A program made the translations under genes and the position numbers. A stretch of 63,912 bases of DNA, filler included, from Olpidium bornovanus S191 (Eukaryota; Fungi; Olpidiomycota), in NCBI GenBank assembly GCA_017911155.1. It is 27 parts of 27 records of this genome, joined end to end, with 100 filler letters (N's around TTAATTAATTAA, not from the genome) between each part and the next. Parts side by side here need not be neighbours in the genome. Positions count along the whole stretch, not along the records: positions 58,936 to 60,497 come from JAEFCI010002253.1; positions 60,598 to 63,912 come from JAEFCI010010470.1; 25 more parts are not named here. One strand, written 5' to 3'. Position 1 is the stretch's first letter; each line of letters starts with the position of its first letter. Below are positions 59,181-63,912 of this stretch, piece by piece. A model generated the notes under the pieces. The model saw nothing but the letters and a program-made list of their open reading frames with translations, was not told where the DNA came from and did not search any database.

Positions 59181-60440
59181 CTAGGGTTCTAGACGACGCT
59201 GTGGAAGCGAGCTGGATCGAAGTGGTGCTCTCAGATCCTGAACACCGTCTTTACGACAGGAGCGATCGTGCCGCAACCGCTCCGGCTCCAAAGCCTGTAT
59301 CGATCGATCCGGGTCCTCTCGCGCTTTTGACGAGCGCGGCTTCGCCGGGGTGGCCGCCCCGGCGACTCTGGCAGAATATCCGCGATTGGGGAGATCAGTT
59401 TTGCGGCAAAGATTACGGAACCCGGGCATCCGGATCCGTTCCACGCGACGCCGGAGGCATCTCCCGGCATCGCCGGCAAAGTCGGGCGCTCCGGCGGCAC
59501 CGACGCCGGCGGCGAGTGGAGCGTCGCTGAGAACGACGACGAGGGGAGCGTCACCGACCGCTCCCAGCTCAGGGTGTGGCGGGCGCTCAAGCGGGATTTC
59601 CCGTGGATCGCGCTCGAAAGACGGCCGACTTCGGCGGCACCCTCCAATGAAAAGGGGACCCGGGGACGCGTACGTCTTTGACAGCAAAGTCGCGTTTTGA
59701 CGTCGGGAGCGCGGATGGCGGCGGCGGTCGCGAGCGCGAGTGGTCGGACGTCGAAGGCGAAGCCCGCCGATGCCGTCGGGCCCGAGCCTCCCGCGGTGTT
59801 CATCCTGATGGTGACGCCGAAGAGGATCTTGCTGGTGATGCTGCTGGTGATGCTGCAAAACCACCCGCACGCCCACGATGATGTTCCTGTTTGTCCCGAT
59901 ATAGCCGGAACGCTCAGAGGTCTTCTCTTCAAAGTAGACAAGCAGCGCTCCCAAGTAACCCGCAGAAAGTTGGAAAAGTGCAAGGCGCCGGTCAGCCACA
60001 CAGTGCTGATGGTGTCCCGAAGGTCATGTTTTTGTTTGACGTCAGCGACGCAGCCGAACGAATGCTGACCACGGTGCAGGGGAACGGGCGCAGGATATGT
60101 AATACTAGTAAATATTATAATAAGTTAATTAATAACTAATAATATATAATTTATAAGCGCTGCGAAGGCCACCGCGCCGGACGGGTTCCGCCAAAAGCCA
60201 ACACAACCACCCTCTCCCCTCCCCTTCCCCCCTCCCCCTCGTCCCCGTCCCCATCCTCCGGAGGAAGAAGAAGTCGGGAAGTAGCAGCCGAAGGCTCTTA
60301 CCGGGAGCATCCGGCGACGGGTTTGCCCCGCGTAACAGTCAACACAGTTCTGAACTCGGCGATCTCGTACAAAAACCATGGCGGTGTATAAGCCCCCAGC
60401 TGCGATAAAAGGTTCGGTGCGGCTTCCGAAATCACGGTTC
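59181..60440 (-). CDS. Hypothetical multi-exon gene fragment
   Basis: Coding-like open frames (e.g. SSWACGWFCSITSSITSKILFGVTIRM) and a GTAAGA donor near 60300; family not recognised. Confidence 0.25.
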
Positions 60441-60632
60441 ATAATTTTGTTTGCGCTAAATTAGTCCGAACCGAAATCGGGAATTAGCTCATCCGGGNNN
60501 NNNNNNNNNNNNNNNNNNNNNNNNNNNNNNNNNNNNNNNNNTTAATTAATTAANNNNNNNNNNNNNNNNNNNNNNNNNNNNNNNNNNNNNNNNNNNNGCG
60601 CCCGAGGGAAGGGGGGGAAGAGGAAGGGGAAA

Positions 60633-60678
<46 letters not shown>

Positions 60679-60848
60679 GCCGCTTCTCCCTCTTCGTTTT
60701 TCCCTCTTTTTTTTTTTTTTTTTTTTTACCGGCGCGCAAAAAGATCCCGAGGCAGGGCTCTGTTGCGTCCGCCTGCTTCGAAGCGGCGCAAGCGGCGCGC
60801 GAGAGCGCGGGGCGGGGGAGAGCGGATTGAACGTGGGGAACGCGCGCG

Positions 60849-60899
<51 letters not shown>

Positions 60900-63795
60900 G
60901 AGGGAGGGGGGGAACCGGGGGGACCGGTGGGAACGCAACGAGAAACGGCATTTGCGTCCTCGCGACGCGGCAAAGTCAAAAACGTCCCGGAGACCCGCGG
61001 AAGCGCAAAAGGGACCCTTCCGGATTTGAAACACCCGTTCCGCAACGCGAACGCGCGTTTTCGGACGCTGTCGATCGCAAACTGGGGAGGAGGCAGGGGC
61101 CGCCGTGCGTCGGTTCCCGGAACCGGTCACGTTCGACTTGCGCGGGCGATGTCGTCGTATCATTTCTCGTAGAGAGCAAATTTTCATCGCGCGTCGGGGT
61201 CGACGATTTTTTTCTTGCCGGCCCAAAGTCATCGACGGCGATAGCGTGGGACAGCCGCGGCGAGCGCAGGGCTATGACCGAATTGAACGTTTTCGGCAAA
61301 CGGAAGCCCCGCCTCCCCGCGAGCAGCTTTTGGGGGTGAGAAGGGAAAACGAACGGGGAGGCGCGGATCGCCCGGCCGGGTGGTCACGTTTGGAGACCGG
61401 GAAAGGCGCCGTCATCCGACGACGCGTCAGCGTTCAATGCCATCATTCGACGGTCGGCCGTTGGGCCCGATCGCGTCACATGTACGCCGCGCCGCGCACG
61501 TTTTGGGCGACTACCCTGACGAGATTCGCCGTCGTAAGCGCTTTCGTCAGTCGTGGAGATTGGACCGTTAGGCCGCGCTGCGGCCGGTCGACAAAAGCGA
61601 TCGCGCGTGGCCATGTCGTCGTTCGGCGACGCGCGGATCTGGCCGGCGCCCGACGACGCAGGACTCGCAGTTGTCGGGCGCAGATCTCGCCGGGCGCGCG
61701 TGACCGGCGGAGAGAGCGAGCGCCGGCTCAGGACGCGTTCGGCTCCGCTATCCAGCAAATTCTAATCAACGGTACATAAAGTAATTTGTAATTATTAAGT
61801 GTAATTAATACTTTATACTATTACTACACATTATTATTACAGAATCGCGCAACTCGGCGTACCGCGAAGCGGAAGGGTGCTGTTTATTGTCTAACATGTA
61901 TATACCGATGGCTGTGTCAATATTATATTAGATTTATGCATTGCAATATTATTGTTATAATATAATCATACCCAAGGGGCCAACAACGCACATTTCTCTG
62001 ACGAGCATCGGCGTCGAAGTCGGTGACGGCGATGTCAATGGCGGTGTAATCGGACCGAGGTGAAGAAGGGACGGAGGAAGCGGGGTAAGACGGGGGGCGC
62101 GGTGTGGTGTGGGGGGTGGTGGTGGTGCAATATACATCGGCGGAACGGTTTCGACACGGTTAAGGGCCCGACGGTGGGCAGCGCGGGCGCAGGCGACCGG
62201 ACGGCGTTGCGGACCGGGGGGGCCGGCGTTTTTTTCCGATCAGATGCTGGGGGCGTCGGGCGTCGGAACGGGTATTAGGATCCGCCCGGGATCCGGGAGC
62301 ACGGCGCGGGACGTCACCGCGCGTTGTTTCCTCCTCAAGCGCGCCTCCAGTCGCCCCGACGTCGCAGGCAATTTTCGTCGACGTGACGTGTTCGTAATCC
62401 GGAGGTGGGGAGGGGGAAGGGGAAAAGGGGTCGGGACGCTCGTAAATGATCCCACGGCGGTGGTGTCGGAGACGGCGATTTGTTTCGGGGATCAGAGGAA
62501 TAAGGGCGGGAAGGTGGGGGGGGGGGGGGGGGGGGGGTCGCAAATCGCCCGAACGCGTGGGTTCGTTGTTTTGCGGACGTTAGCGCAGCCTTTTGGTGGA
62601 CACCGCGAAACGTTGGCCCGCTGCCCGCCGACGGATGACCCCGTCCAGGCCGCGTTCGGTGACGACGGGGTGCCCATACCGCGCGCAACCCCGGGGGGCT
62701 GGCCAGTACGCGAGAAAACAGAACCGGCAGCCGAAAAAGACTATTTATCCTCGAGGCCCTTTCGCGTCACGCGGGCCTCGCTGGTTCCGGCACGATTTTC
62801 TTTCGAGGCGCCCGGCGCACTCTCCACGACGTTCGTTGCGCACTGCTCGCATCACGAAGACCGCGCAAAGAAAACAAAAAGAAAAATAAACAAGACAAAA
62901 AAAAAAAGAGGAGGAGAAATTTTCCGCCGGTTGAGCTCGTCAACCGTGCCGATGCGTCACGGCTGATTATTACCTTGCGGACGGAATCCACCGCTCATGG
63001 GACGACACTGGGTTCAGACCATTCTGCCATTTGGGCTTTCCGATCCATCCCGGTTCTGCCACTTTGGAGCTTTTTTTTTTCCCCAACGTATCCCGGCCAT
63101 GCAACGTCACGTGCGTGTAACGACGAGATATGAATGTCGTCGCAGGTGACCGGCAAAAGCATCTTTGCGCTCTGTTCTTTGTTCGTTTTGCTCGCTTTCG
63201 ACCGGGCGAACAGTTATGAATTCCGGAATACTTCTTTTAATGGTATAGCATTCACTCTTTACGCCGCTCTAGAGCCGTGTCTGAACTGCTTTTAAGTTTG
63301 ATCACGTCCCGGGAAGAAGTGCCTTGTCCTCAGCAGGTTGCGCAACTTTTGTTTTGGCGCGTTTGATGCGCGAAGGGCAGTTCTACTTCCGAGGGGCAGG
63401 GCAAGCATTTCAAACCGCGAGCACAGGAGGCTTGGCCGCCGAGCCGAATTGTGCCAGTGCGTGGTTCTCGAGCGGATGCGAAAGGCCGCAGGCAGCGCGC
63501 TCGAACTAGGCCGTTCCTGCCGGACTGCGGCACGTTTCCCAGCAAATTCTTTCGGAAGAGGGGACGGGTTCGGGTTAGGGTTGGAGTGGAGAGTAGAGGT
63601 CCAAAAAGGTTCTCCGTCGATTTGTTCGAGGGTTTCAAATAGCAGAGCGGATTTGTTTGAGAACACTGGCCGGTGTCGGCAGAAGCAAGTTTTTCTTTGT
63701 TGAGACGGCCCGGCAGGTTACGCGCTGTTGTTGGAAGGGAATCGACGCCGAGGCGAGGAGGCCCGAGAGCCCCCCGCCGCGGCCCAACGAAAAAG

Positions 63796-63912
63796 GCCGG
63801 TTCCCACGCCGGTTCCCACGCCGGTTCCCACGCCGGTTCCCACGCCGGTTCCCACGCCGGTTCCCACGCCGGTTCCCACGCCGGTTCCCACGCCGGTTCC
63901 CACGCCGGTTCC
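63796..63912. repeat. Perfect 12-bp tandem repeat (GCCGGTTCCCAC) x 9.75, running off the end of the window
   Basis: 117 bp of identical units; reads (PVPT)n on the plus strand and (GTGV)n on the minus strand. Confidence 0.97.

Noticed and set aside
60100-60160. Very AT-rich islands (also 59040-59145 and 61775-61965)
   Set aside because: Short, with no inverted ends or repeats; most simply intergenic or 3'-end sequence.
63134-63295. Small ORF with a signal-peptide-like N-terminus (MSSQVTGKSIFALCSLFVLLAFDRANS) as the 5' end of the PVPT-repeat gene
   Set aside because: The obvious donor and acceptor pair gives an immediate stop, and I could not build an in-frame path to 63716.
63566-63582. Telomere-like GGGTTCGGGTTAGGGTT (and GGTTAGGGTT near 38711)
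   Set aside because: Only 2-3 imperfect units, internal to contigs; compatible with chance.

Overview
This is not a prokaryotic region. It is a eukaryotic draft scaffold made of 27 short (about 1-5 kb), GC-rich, homopolymer-rich contigs joined by 26 identical artificial 100-bp spacers (N44-TTAATTAATTAA-N44). By manual count 22 of the 52 internal contig ends start or stop within 2 nt of CATG, so adjacency across spacers carries no biological weight. Genes have short GT-AG introns with CTRAY-like branch points. The proteins look fungal, and FANCD2, SETD3-like, ABCA and soluble-adenylate-cyclase-like genes suggest an early-diverging (non-Dikarya) fungus. The style recalls the Olpidium draft assembly, but I cannot verify that. 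Well-supported genes: NOP2, ERV2-type sulfhydryl oxidase and endosulfine (complete); URA4, HSP60, proteasome alpha-5, mitochondrial EF-G2, RSM22, SETD3-like, FANCD2, ABCA and a biotinyl-domain exon (partial). Accessory or unusual content: an intron-containing GH8 glycoside hydrolase of bacterial type, an intron-containing ketopantoate-reductase-like gene, an intronless HerA/FtsK-like ATPase, a cyclase-STAND ATPase gene, tandem Ulp1 protease pseudogenes, a copia LTR element whose primer-binding site matches the anticodon arm of tRNA-Ile, several other LTR-retroelement relics, a tRNA-like hairpin cluster, and a terminal 12-bp tandem array. All calls come from reading the sequence and recalling family motifs; no searches were run. 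Most ORFs in the supplied track are shadow ORFs of GC-rich or low-complexity DNA.
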